From Nymphaea colorata (lineage: Eukaryota), in the NCBI RefSeq assembly GCF_008831285.2, contig NC_045138.2, forward strand, positions 24,118,001 through 24,182,000: 64,000 bases of DNA, in the 5' to 3' direction. Below the pieces are notes generated by a model. That model had not been told where the DNA came from, searched no databases, and was given only the letters and a program-made list of their open reading frames with translations. The stretch's first letter is position 1. Each line of letters opens with the position of its first letter. The position numbers were made by a program, and so were the translations under genes. Positions 1 to 11,817 of this stretch are shown piece by piece.

Positions 1-89
1 CCTTTTCCAAGCTGTAGGTAGGGCTACATTATAGTAGTCTCACTAGGGAAAGGTGCTGCATATAGTCATCAGTGTCAAGAATTTTTCCT

Positions 90-635
90 CGTTGTTCTTC
101 TTTAATAATACTAAATCTGTGCAACTATTTTGTTTGTCAACCATGCACATGAACTATAAAGAGAAAGGATGGCACTTCAGCGTATCTTATTTGCATGAGA
201 AAATGAATATATTGGTATACTATAATACTCAACCTGGACAAAGTGAACTTGGGCTACTAGTAGTCTGTTTCTGGCTCTCTGTCTGCGATTGTACCATGGG
301 CAACTCAGTGTACTCATGAAAAGATCATTATCCAATAGGGCGGAACTGTTTGTTTGGTGAAGAATTTTTCCTCTTTTTTCTTCTTTAGTAATGCATCACT
401 GCAGCTAGTTTACTTGTTAACTATGCACATCAACAGTCGAGAAAGGATGGTGCTTTTGTGTATCTCATTTGCATCGTGAGATGAATATATTAATATGCAA
501 ATAATACTTTACTAGGAAAAGTGACTTTTAGGCTAGTACTCTATTTCTAGTTCCCTGTTTCCCATTATACTGTTGGGGTACCCGGCCTACTTATGAGAAG
601 GTTATTATCCAAGAGTGAGGAACTGTTTGTTTGAC
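90..635. repeat. Old diverged intronic tandem duplication, two units of about 275 bp
   Basis: Shared blocks atgcacat, gagaaaggatgg, atttgcat, atgaatatatt, ttatccaa, ggaactgtttgtttg occur in the same order at about 90-357 and 380-633. Confidence 0.7.
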
Positions 636-745
636 CGTACTAGTTGCAATTTACATCTGCTTAGTTTATTGCACTAAAAAGCACCCCAAATATGAATTTC
701 AACTCAGTTAGGTAACTTCCTCTTCTCCTCCCCACCCCCCCACCT

Positions 746-746
746 G

Positions 747-788
<42 letters not shown>
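746..788. repeat. Compound (TC)n(CA)n microsatellite
   Basis: Directly visible. Confidence 0.95.
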
Positions 789-1328
789 GTGTGCAGGACA
801 CACATACACACACTTGTGTCCAAGCATGCACAGTAGATAGTATCTTTGTCGGCATTTCATTTTTTTTCCAAACTATCTGCATTTGATGTTTGTCAGTAGT
901 TTGCAGGTAGTTGATATTTTTGTAGTTCATAGTTCATACTAGTTGGCAAATATTGATGAATTTGGAAGAGATTGTTTTAAAGTGTACTAGGCTGCTATGC
1001 ACACCTCATTTTCTAATAATATTCTATGAGCTTCTTAGCTGAATGCGAACCTTGTCCATGGACAGGAAGCAAGGAAACCAGCCAACAAAAACTGAGGCTT
1101 ACTTATCCATCTGAACTACATGATCGGGCAGTTAGGCTTGATGATAAGCAGGGTACTTGTCCAGATGGTTGCATGAGGCATTTTGCATAAATTTTGGTTC
1201 TTAACTTGCAGAATGAGTTTTATTAAAAAGGCTTGTTAATGATGCATGTTTCAAATTTTCAGTTTCTTTGGGTGTGTTTAGTTCATATCAAGGAGATTTG
1301 ATATGTATTCAATGCTTTTGTTTGGCAG

Positions 1329-2741
1329 GTGCTAACTTTGATACCACATCTCCGTCGAAGAGGTTAATACGGAGAAGCAAAGAAAGCAGTTTGTTCAAGT
1401 GTAAGGTTGAATCTGATTCTGACCTGTCAAACCATAAAGTGGATGGAGAAAGGGCTATACAAGCATCGGAATCTCAGCCAGTGGGTAAAATCCATGAGAA
1501 AAAGGCTAAAATAGAAACCTTTGCAGTAGTAGAGTCTGAGTCTGCTTCAAATAATGAGACCGTTTTATGGAGGAAAAACAGCAACACAAATGCTGGTGGA
1601 AACAATCAGAATATGCCATCTCCTTCTCCAATGACTTCAAAGCCTTTCCTGAAGGTGAAATTCAAAACATTGTCTCTCGAGAACCGTAATTCTTGGGTTT
1701 CCCAAAGTGAAGAGGAGACAAAGAACCTCATTAAAGGACAGAGATCAAAGAGGAAGAGGCCATCACTTATGCTGGAAAAAGGCAGTGTAACAGATGACCG
1801 GAGCTCTAATGCATTCTTGTGTCGAGATAATCCAGTGGATCAAGAAATGGATGCTAGGATACTTAAGAAATTAGGCAAGGATGCAGTTGGAAAAGAAGTC
1901 GAAGTTTATGAAGCATTGGATAATTCTTGGTAAAGTCTACAAGCTAATCTTTTGTTTCATTAACATCTGTTATTAATAATGCCTTGCGCTTTCAGTTTTT
2001 GGGAGATGACCAACCTTGAGTGCAATTCTTTAGTTCTCCATACAGGTTGTGTAACTGTTAAATGTTGGTGTTCACTATCATATCTATCTCTCATTCCTTT
2101 CAGTTTTATGGTCCGTCTCAGGGAGTTGATGCAGCAAGATCTCCCATCCTTTATTTGTTGTTTAAACTTCTAATTATAATCTTTAATAACTGCTTGCAAC
2201 TACAGATCCACCTTGTTGTACCTTCCATCTTATTAATAATTCCTGCTTCCTGTATGTTCTTCCTATATGTCTTGTCTTCCCTCTGTTAGAGTAGTAATGC
2301 TATCAGCTTTCTCTATTTTATTGCCGTAACAGTATTTAGCTGTGGCGTAATTATTTTTCTTTTTTTTTTCCTCTGAATTTTGACGGATTATGTATGTTTT
2401 GTTCATTATTTTCTCATTGAATCATGCATCTTGTTTCTTGCTAGGTTGTCATGATAGTGCTAAATGCATTATGCCTGAGATTATCTAACCCGGCATTGGC
2501 TACTTCTGGCCAAGTTCGTTCTTGAGAGATCTTGTTTGTTGGTGTTATTTGCACATGGCTAATATGCTCCACCTTCTGGTATGGTTTGTTTGCGAGCAGG
2601 CACAGAGGTGTGGTCATTGGTACTGTTCAAGGAACATCAGCACTTTCGGTATCTCTGGATGATGGCAGAGATGTGACCTTAGAATTCGGCAAGCATCAGG
2701 TACGGTTCATTTCTCAAAAACCAAAGCTCTCAAAGAGGTGA
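1329..2741 (+). CDS. Last two exons (1329-1929, 2600-2741) of a plant PHD-finger family protein (At3g08020/At3g52100-like C-terminus); 5' part lies outside the window
   Basis: ttggcAG acceptor at 1328, TG|gtaaag donor at 1930 and gcAG|G acceptor at 2599 splice in frame to give ILKKLGKDAVGKEVEVYEALDNSW-HRGVVIGTVQGTSALSVSLDDGRDVTLEFGKHQVRFISQKPKLSKR*. Family recognised from memory of this C-terminus; the PHD fingers are not in the window. Confidence 0.75.
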
Positions 2742-4201
2742 TTGAATCTGTGAGGAGAAGGGGACATCTCAAGTTACATTTTGAAGAGGCACCACCAATT
2801 TTATAACTCGATCATCAGAATGCTGCTTCTTGGGGTGAGTTGCTGCTCAATGTCTTTTTGATGGTGGCCGAATCATACCTGTCCTTATGTTTGTACACTA
2901 TTCGGGGTCATAAGAAGATGACCCATATCCAGGCTTCTGATGTTCCAGTTGCTTCAATATATTTTTCACCATTCTTCAACGGCGGTTTGGTTCTTGCTTT
3001 AAGTATATGTTATGATGACTGACCGAAAGTTAATGAAATTTTTTTAGTCTAAGCTGGAGTTAATCAGAAGAGGGCAAAAACAGGTTTATCATCCCCACTG
3101 CGAGCTTCATTTGTGCATTCCCTTTTCTACAGGAGGTTGGCTATGTAAGTGTCATGTTTGTTTGCAAAGTAACCGTGCACACGTGCAGTTCAAAAACTCT
3201 CCGAGCAAATGTGGGATAAGAACTAATAATGATGAAATCAAGGACCTAATAAGAAGTAAAAGTTCTCAATGGGTTTGGTGAAAAGGTTAAGTGGGGCTTG
3301 GTAGGCCGCGGTTACAAATGTGTTAAAGCATAGTTGGGGGAGACACTTTGAGGCACCGAAAACAGACATTATGGGGTTAAGAGACATTGTATTTTACGGG
3401 GTTAAGGGGTTGGGTGGAAGGTTTGATTCTCTTTTTGAGCAATCACATGAAATATTTAACCTATTCCCCCAAAATGATGAAATAAAACAATGAATGTTCA
3501 CCAAATTTTGTGTGCAATTTGGTGGGAGTGTTTCCCATACCGTGCACATGATTCTTGTATTTTCTTAACATTAAAAATGAATGGTTTATGACAGTACTTT
3601 CTTCCTTATCTTATTCACAGAAACGTACATATTCTTTAAAAAAATTGCACTTACATTGCCATGATTTCACATACAGCTGATGGTCTACTCATGATTGAGG
3701 ATTTTAATTTCAACGAGCCCTCAAATCTTACTTTTTAAACAACCATTCCCTCCATTGGAAAGTTGGATGCACGTCCAAAGGAAGAAGTATAAGAATATGA
3801 TGATGAGGTTAATCAATCAACCAAATGATACAGAATGACCTGATTGATGAAAGGGAGTGGGGTGAAGTCTCTTCTTTTCTCTTGTTCCTAGGATCATGGG
3901 CTGCTTTGGAACCTAGTTCAGGGTAGTATACTCATCAATTAGAGTGTTGTATCTACCGTTTGCTGTATAGTGGAAAACAAATTGATGTTTAAACTTTCAA
4001 TGACCCACTAGCCTGATTAGCTATACCATGTCTTAACAATGAAAATGATTAGAAATGTCATTACCTTAGTTAGGATGGGCTTCAAGGCCATCTTTCGTGT
4101 GATCATTTGCAATTAGGTGCACCTCTTTTGGTGAGAATAGTCATGATCCTTACATCACAGCAAAATCATTTTCCAAGTCGCCCATCCTGCCTCACCAACC
4201 A

Positions 4202-4203
<2 letters not shown>

Positions 4204-4231
<28 letters not shown>
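4204..4231. repeat. (CA)n microsatellite
   Basis: Directly visible. Confidence 0.95.
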
Positions 4232-4234
<3 letters not shown>

Positions 4235-7200
4235 GGCAAAGGTTTTCTTATGACAAAGTTGAAAATATTATATAAATCTCGGCAAGTTTTAAAAAGTTCA
4301 AAAACTAAAAATAAAATGTGAAAAAGATATAATAATAAAAAAATGAATAAAACATGAACAAACGTGAACAAATGAAGAAAAAACGCGAAATAATGCATGT
4401 TTTTCATTCCAGAGTTTATTTTTTTTTCCCTTATTTTTGACAAACTTGTTTTTATTTTTTTTGTTAATAAGACGTGTTTTCTGTGACAAATGTTCCATTC
4501 CCTTGCCACAAAAAGTGAAGTCCCCAATTGAAGACAATACCTGTTCGTTATAAAAAAATAATTACCAGTCGAAGGTTTGAGAAGGTTGAACATCCCTTTT
4601 AGGTTTCTACTTGTTAGTCAATTCTACAATCTTGTGTAAGGTTGGTTACATGCCCTCGATCTTCAGAAACTAAATTTGAGTTGGTCTACCTTGTGTGTTT
4701 TTAATCATGTACAGTTTTTATTTGGATTCTGATTAGTTTTAAGTTCTTTCAAGCATATAATCGATCGGCGGTGGTTGAAAGCACTACTTCCTGCAACGCC
4801 CAAAGGAATAGGTGAAGGAAAGCGGTCATAAAATTCTACCTCAGAATTTCTCCCCATTCATTCAAACACAACTAAATTTGTTAAGTTTCTATTAGCAAAG
4901 TTTGCATGGTGTCCTCCTATAGAGACCTTTACACGTGAGCATAACAACTAAATCAAAGTATTCCATGACAGGCACCTAAAGAGGATACTTGTACTCCTCA
5001 ATACCTAGAAACACAAAAATTTGAAAGGAAATGGTAAACTAGACTTGTCAATAGAAATCCTATTTATTGTTTTCCATTGATGCAATGAACAACTGGTATT
5101 TTAAGGGGCACTTTGTTAGCAACAACACTTTGTAAGTGTCTCATGTATCTGTCTCAAAGAATTTGGTAGATTTATGGAATACTAAAACTAATATTCCAAA
5201 AATCTGCCCCAATATTCATGGTAAAAATGTGGAACACTTACATAGTATTTTTGCTGCCAAACAGGCTTGAGGGGTTGTTTGACAACTACAATAGTGACAT
5301 ATTGTTCCATAAATCTGAGAATAAAAAGCAACAGATTCATCGATCAAAGAACACACTTAATTCCTTGAATTTACCCATTTTTATAATCAAATTCATCAAA
5401 AAGTATGTAACTGTTTCATCTGCTAGACACTCCCTAAAAGTTAGTGACAAAATTTTCCTTAAAAAAAAAAAAAACAAAGGGACTTGTGTATTTTTTTCAG
5501 AAGTTTCGAAAGACTCTCAACCAAATGCCCTAGCATAAAATTTTGAGATACAATTTGGGTGTCAAGTGCAAATTGCATTATGGTTGGAGTTTCAAGCAAC
5601 TGATGTTTCTATTATGACCTCAACATATCATTTTTTTTTTTAAAAAATATGACACAAGTTGACATTTGCTTACCAAGTATCGAGATTTAAAATGCTGCTC
5701 ACTGGTTGCAAGTCAATGCAATGCAAGGATTAAAAAATCATTGAATAACCATTTTCTCAAACCTATAACCCAGGTTGGTGAAATCATATCAATTTGTTAT
5801 AGAAAATCTACTTAATTTACCATTCTCTATCTAGAACTGAGTGTAACTAGTTGGACACTAACAATTCTATCAAAACCTATCTTCCCCTAACCATTTACTA
5901 TGTTAGGTAATGCATCTCTATAGTGGAGCACTCTAAAAAAAGTATTTTCATTAAGAATCAGTAGGAATCACACACTACTTGTAATTTTCCACTCCCACTG
6001 TAATGAGAAGTTTGGTCCATCTACAAGAAATGGGAATAAGGTCTACAGAATTCAAATAAAGCAACTTGGACATTATTAAAATCTCAAATACAAGAGATCA
6101 CACAAAAGAAGTTCCAACACTGCACAATTTACACCAAGACAATCCTAAAACCAATATAACATGTGTTTGAGGCTTTGATGTGCATGCGCCAAGATTAACT
6201 ATGGTCCACCATGCACTGTGTAATGCCAAGTCACAAAAAAAACTTAAACAATAAAAACATAGTTAAACAAATAAGCAAATCAAAATAAATAGTTAAAACA
6301 CTGTGCAAGAATATCAACTACTTAACACATAGGCAAAACCATGAGTTGCTACTTTACCTACTCTAGGAACCCCTAATACTATCAAAACCTGTTAAACACC
6401 TAAAACTTGGGCTTAGCAGCTGGAAAAATAAACCACTAATCTATTGGACAACAACTAGTGTCACACCCCAACCCTTTTGACCCTCAAATAATTTTTCTTT
6501 TTTTTTTTCTTTTCAAACATAAAACGTTGAGGTGCGACGACAAAACAATTCAAAAAAGGAGGAGCTATGCAATTCAAAACAATAGGGAAAACTTTCATTT
6601 TATATAACAATATCAGTTCATACAAAAATCACATCAATATGTATGACAAAATGCCCCAAACCACAACTTTGATGTCTAACAAAAACATGACATCAAAGAG
6701 ACTTAAGCATGATGCGCCGGCACTACAAAAGACCCAAAACCTCTCCAATAAGATGTGAGTAGAGCTATCTGACCAACATGCTGCCCCGGTTCTGCCAAAA
6801 CCTGAAAAAGAGAAACAATTGAAGGCTTAGTCTTCGTAGTATGACAACAAGCTAGGTAAATCCCTAACCCTCTTAGGTAGGGCTCAAATACGAGAGATAG
6901 CGATTATGAAAACAAATTACTATCATGTCGTGGTAGGACACTTAGTCATATGACTTGTGAAGAAGACCCCTTACATAAATCACGACACATTCACAATTCA
7001 CATGCAACTCATGTATAAACATATCATTCTCATTCATTTCATTCACATTCTTTCATTCACATTCTTTCATAAACATATCATTCTCATTCATTTCATTCAC
7101 ATTCTTTCATTTACATTAACTTTAGTGAATTGACAGTTCCTGTGGGTGCAAACACAGGCATGAGCACACCACGAGCGGCCGACAGCCAGGAGACAACCCC

Positions 7201-8832
7201 GTGGTGGCCCGAAACAATATTGATCCATTCCCGTTGCAGCTAGGGCTGAACACGAGCCGAGTCGAGCCCGAGCTCGATCAGCTCGAACTCGGCTCGACTA
7301 AATAAGACACGAGCTCGACTCGACTCGAACTCGATTATAGCTTGACTATCTTGGCTCGAACTCGACTCGATAGTCAATGGTCAAGCTCGAGCTTGGCTCG
7401 ATTAAGCTCGTTTACTTGCATCCATTACTTGTTGAGCTCGAGCTCGAGCTCGACTAGGCTCGAATACGTGAAGCTCGATAAGGCTCAAACTCGTGAGCTC
7501 GATTAATATTACTCATTTCTGTAGTTTACACTTGGCAACTAATTTTGGAAAGAATCAAAGTAGAATAAGAGTTTACTACTGGTATCTGATTGCTGTGATT
7601 TATCACCTTAGGGCACAAGATCAAACATTTCAGATGGTCTTAATTTGCTACACTTGTTTCATGAAAGGAAGCCTTATTGATTGATTGATATCAAACACAA
7701 TCTGGGACAAATACAATAGTGCAATCCTGTTTAGAACTGAGCAATACATTCTTTTACTAACCCAATTTAAATGAATCTGGGTCAAATACAACAGCATAAT
7801 TCTGTTTAGAACTGAGAAATACATAGTTTATACTTTACACTAACCCAACTTAAACAAAATGGAGACAAGAAGCATCTGCAAACTGATAAAGACTTGATTA
7901 TAGAGAAGCAAAGCAAAGGACTAGTCACTCATACTCAGAGATGCAACTGGAGACAATATCATAGTTTTGGAGCTAGATAAGGCTCGAACTCGTGAGCTAG
8001 AACCCAAAAAAAAAGGATGGAATTTCTGAACTTTCAAGACCATTTGTGAAAGTAAATGACCTTTAAAGTTTAAACCTGCAATTATTAATCATGGGCACAG
8101 CCTATAACAAAAATTACAAGATTGAACAATCACATCAGGTGACTCCACATCCTGTAATTGCTTAACTTGTAACCAAAACAAATTACTCTCCTAAGATTAA
8201 AAAGCTTATTATTGATATTGACAATCCTTTATTGAAAAGGTAATCAGATTAGAAGGTCATAATACATGAAATTAGCAATTATGCCAACTTACCAAATCAT
8301 GCAATGAGATTCAAAAAAAGCACAAGGAGAATGAGACAAAAATGGAACAATAACATGAAACGCCTAAAACATCCAAGTGCTGTTACCAGTTACTACATAG
8401 CTGAAACATTCATTTCATGGAGCATCGTGATAAATGCTAGTTGGGGTACATTACAAACCCTGTAAATCAGGCCCAACAGATCATAAAATCAACAGGCCGA
8501 CTGCCTTAACAAGTGCAAAACAGTAATTTTGGACAACCAATCTAAAACTAGAATTCTCACACTTCAAGGAAACAGAATTACATTGAAGAAGGGCACCAAA
8601 CAAAGGCACCCATGCCATAGAACTTACAAACATTAAGTAAGATGAAAGCAGCTCGTTGTCGGAACTAGCCAATGGCTAGTCGGCTGATACAAAGGCAGCA
8701 CAAAATAGGGAACAAACATACAAGAAAAGAATAGAAAAATACAGAGGAAAAAAATAAAAATACACATGCAAAAGATCTACACATGTACATGCTTATGTAT
8801 TCAAAACAATACTATGTGATGGAATACATATA

Positions 8833-8835
<3 letters not shown>

Positions 8836-8903
<68 letters not shown>
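8836..8903. repeat. (TA)n microsatellite
   Basis: Directly visible. Confidence 0.95.
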
Positions 8904-8905
<2 letters not shown>

Positions 8906-9194
8906 TAACAAAACCAATGTTTACACTTCTAAGATTCCATGACATAACATAATCTTCCATGACATAATCTTCCTGCTATTAACATGTTTGTTCAGCCCTT
9001 AAGAAACGAGAGAAACTCCGTACCTGCAGGAGAAAAAGAAAAATTGCTTACTGATTATTTTGGCTGATGAATTTTGCATTAGAAGCCAATCCAAGAGGAA
9101 CTTACAAGTTACAACACTAAATCCGACCAACATGTTGACAAGTTGTCATCTTTCTAAGCTTTAAACAAGAAAGAATGCAACAATAATAACTCAC

Positions 9195-11630
9195 CCCACT
9201 GCGAACTTTCTTTAATAGCTTAACTCCACCATCAAGAAGTTTTCCATCGGAAGAGTAAAAACTATCCCATTGTTGACGTGAAAGAGCACGTTTTCTCCTT
9301 CTACAAGACCAAGGAGATTTAAGCCTACCTCTGCAAATTAGTTTAACCATGTGGTCATAAATATTAGAAAAATAAGCAAATGAATAAAACCAGTACAAGA
9401 TTTCAGACAAACTGGTCTGAAAAGGAGCAAAAAGCATGCTAGGGAAGTGGAAAATAACCTTAGGCGCAGGAATATAAAACAAAAGTAAACTATATTAGAG
9501 CAGAATGGAAAATAACACTAAACATACTAGGGAAGTGGAAAATTACCTTAGGCATCCTGCTAACAAAACAAGAAGGAAAAGAGAAAAAAAAAAGTCAAGG
9601 AAAATGCTAACAAAACAGTTACGTGTATGCATCATATATCGTAAGTTTATGCAGAAAATAGGATGCATGAAATGAAACAACAAGTTTACCCCTACTAAAG
9701 TGTCTTATGTGAGGCGCAAAAGTGGAATTTTTTACCAAATACAAGATTTTCAGGATTTGTACTTATGAATATAGGATCAAGTTTAATACAAACACACATC
9801 CATCGAAAATTCAATTTGGAACTCAACATTCAAAATCAGTTCAAAATGAAGTGAATTTAAAGTCCTGATCAAAGTAGTTCAATTTACCAATGAACTGAAA
9901 TAAACTAAACTTGAAGTGAATGAACTGCGATCCAACTAAAGGAGAGTAGAGTAGAGTTGAATCATGGCTGGTCTATCTCTAGTGAGAACTGGTTCACTCC
10001 AGTTCAATGGAGTTTATTTTCAGTTTGAGCTCGAGATATGCACTAGAAGTTAGTTAGAACTAAATTGAACTGAATCTAAACTTGAAGAGAAGTAGATCTA
10101 ACAGTAATGCACTTGATCCTACAGGGTATTATGCACAAGTAGGATTATACACTGAATCCCACATTACCATCTGCAATTTGACATAACCAACCAATAGAAA
10201 ACATATGTAATAACATGGCCATAAGTATTTGCAAGCAAAATAAAGCAACGGCTAGACGTGTAGTCCTTGGCACATGAACCAACATCTGAGAGCTCACAGG
10301 AAAATGAAGCAAAAGCTCACTAAGACTACTCACGAAGGCACTTCCAATAGTAAAGGAAAACCTGCATCCACATGCAGAATATTTCCCTTGGAGAGAAAGG
10401 ACAAAAACAAAAAATTAAATTGAAAAAGGAAAAGGAATGATACATGAAACCACTACTGGAACTCGAACTGGGAAACGAGAGCAGCTCTAACTCAATGCAC
10501 GTAAATACGGTGCGTAAAAATAGTATAATGATAGATAATCAAATAGCTTCAATAAGCCAAATATTGTTTCCAAAAATTATTGCTTCACACTTAACAGTAT
10601 ATGAGATCATAAAAAATGGAGAAGTCATTGTTAAAAGGAAATGAAAAAATTGGGAGTTAGCAACGAAGAAATTAACTGTGGTTGTTTGGGACCAGCCACT
10701 TAGCATGGATGAAACATAAAAAAAACCAGCACGGATGAACTATGCAAACAAGCCCCCTCCCCATAAGCCTAATATTGGCAGCACATGACAGAAACCTCAA
10801 ACTAAACATCATATATGACACCTATAACCTAATAAATTCACAGACCATAATGTTAGGAAAGAAAACGAAGACAAGCAAAAAAAAAAAAAAAACAAAGAAA
10901 GAAAGAAAAAAGCACCGAAACAGTCGATAGTTTCTCATTCTTACAACGGAAAAAATGGAAAGCAGAACATTAGTGACGAAATAGAAAACCCAAAAACAAG
11001 AGCAGAGGACTAGCATATTGAAGTAGCAGTGTTTAATAAACTTCTCAAAGACTGTGAAAACCAACGGTTTAGACTCTCGAGATTTTTAGAACTAGAGAGG
11101 ATGTTAGAATAGATGTACTAGCATGGGACTTCAATCGTGGAGATTCAATAGCATCACTCTTTTTCTTTGGAACTTGCAATGAAGCAAACGGCAGAAGATT
11201 TAGATTCACCGATTTACCGGCAGAGAAAACTGGGGGGGAGGGGGAGAGAGAGAGAGCCCTACCAATTCACGGAATCAACCGGAGGAGCAAAGACCCACTC
11301 GCCGCCGGACTGTCGGTTCCGTCGAAGAGAACCGGAGAGGAAGATCGAGGGACGCCCTCTAAACTTGAATCTGCACTAGAGACGATGTGTTAACATTCAA
11401 ATCAGTTGTTATACACTAGATCACAACTATGTTAGGAATCCAACAAGAAATGGGGTAAAAAACAGATGAAATCCCTAGAAAATCAACTACAACAATAGCC
11501 GATCCTGTTCACGGTTTTGGGTGAAAGAACTAGAGTGACAGAACTGGAGATTGAGAAGTGGAAGAGCTCACCTTGAGCTGAAGGGCGAAGGCGGAGCAGC
11601 CGGCTGACCTCGAAGGCTGAAGTGGCCCAT
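9195..11630 (-). pseudogene. Captured 5' fragment of a TBC/Ypt-Rab GTPase-activating (gyp7-like) gene. Firm exon 9330-9195; candidate upstream exons 11630-11572, 11370-11263, 10361-10334
   Basis: Exon 9330-9195 (cAG...GTGAG) encodes RGRLKSPWSCRRRKRALSRQQWDSFYSSDGKLLDGGVKLLKKVRSG, the conserved N-terminus of plant TBC RabGAPs. The upstream candidates have canonical splice sites and read in frame (MGHFSLRG...SSR-FKFRG...SGGEWVFAPPVDSVN-WFSFTIGSAF). The link from 10334 to 9330 is out of phase. The expected next exon (GVDPSIRAEVWPFLLG type) was not found. Confidence 0.8.
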
Positions 11631-11808
11631 GGACGCGGCCCGCGGACGACTGGTTCCTCCTGCAGACGTCAGAGACTCCTGAACGGGAGAACTAGAGAAG
11701 AGAAGGAAAAGTCGGAGAGATAGAGAGGCGAGAGAGGGAGAGTCGGAGAGAGCGAAAACTTCAAAAGAGAGGGAGAAGTGAGAACGAAAACGAAAAAAGG
11801 AAATGAGG

Positions 11809-11817
11809 AAACCCTAA
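11809..11817. promoter_or_regulatory. Telo-box AAACCCTAA upstream of the captured RabGAP fragment, next to a CT-rich 5'UTR-like tract on the minus strand (about 11690-11810)
   Basis: Exact motif about 180 bp upstream of the ATG at 11630, a position typical of plant housekeeping genes; function not shown. Confidence 0.45.

Noticed and set aside
4232..4510. MITE candidate (atggcaaagg ... ccttgccac)
   Set aside because: The inverted match is too short and has no TSD.
9195..11630. RabGAP exons as a normal resident gene
   Set aside because: They are enclosed by TIRs and a TSD inside an LTR, and downstream TBC exons were not found.
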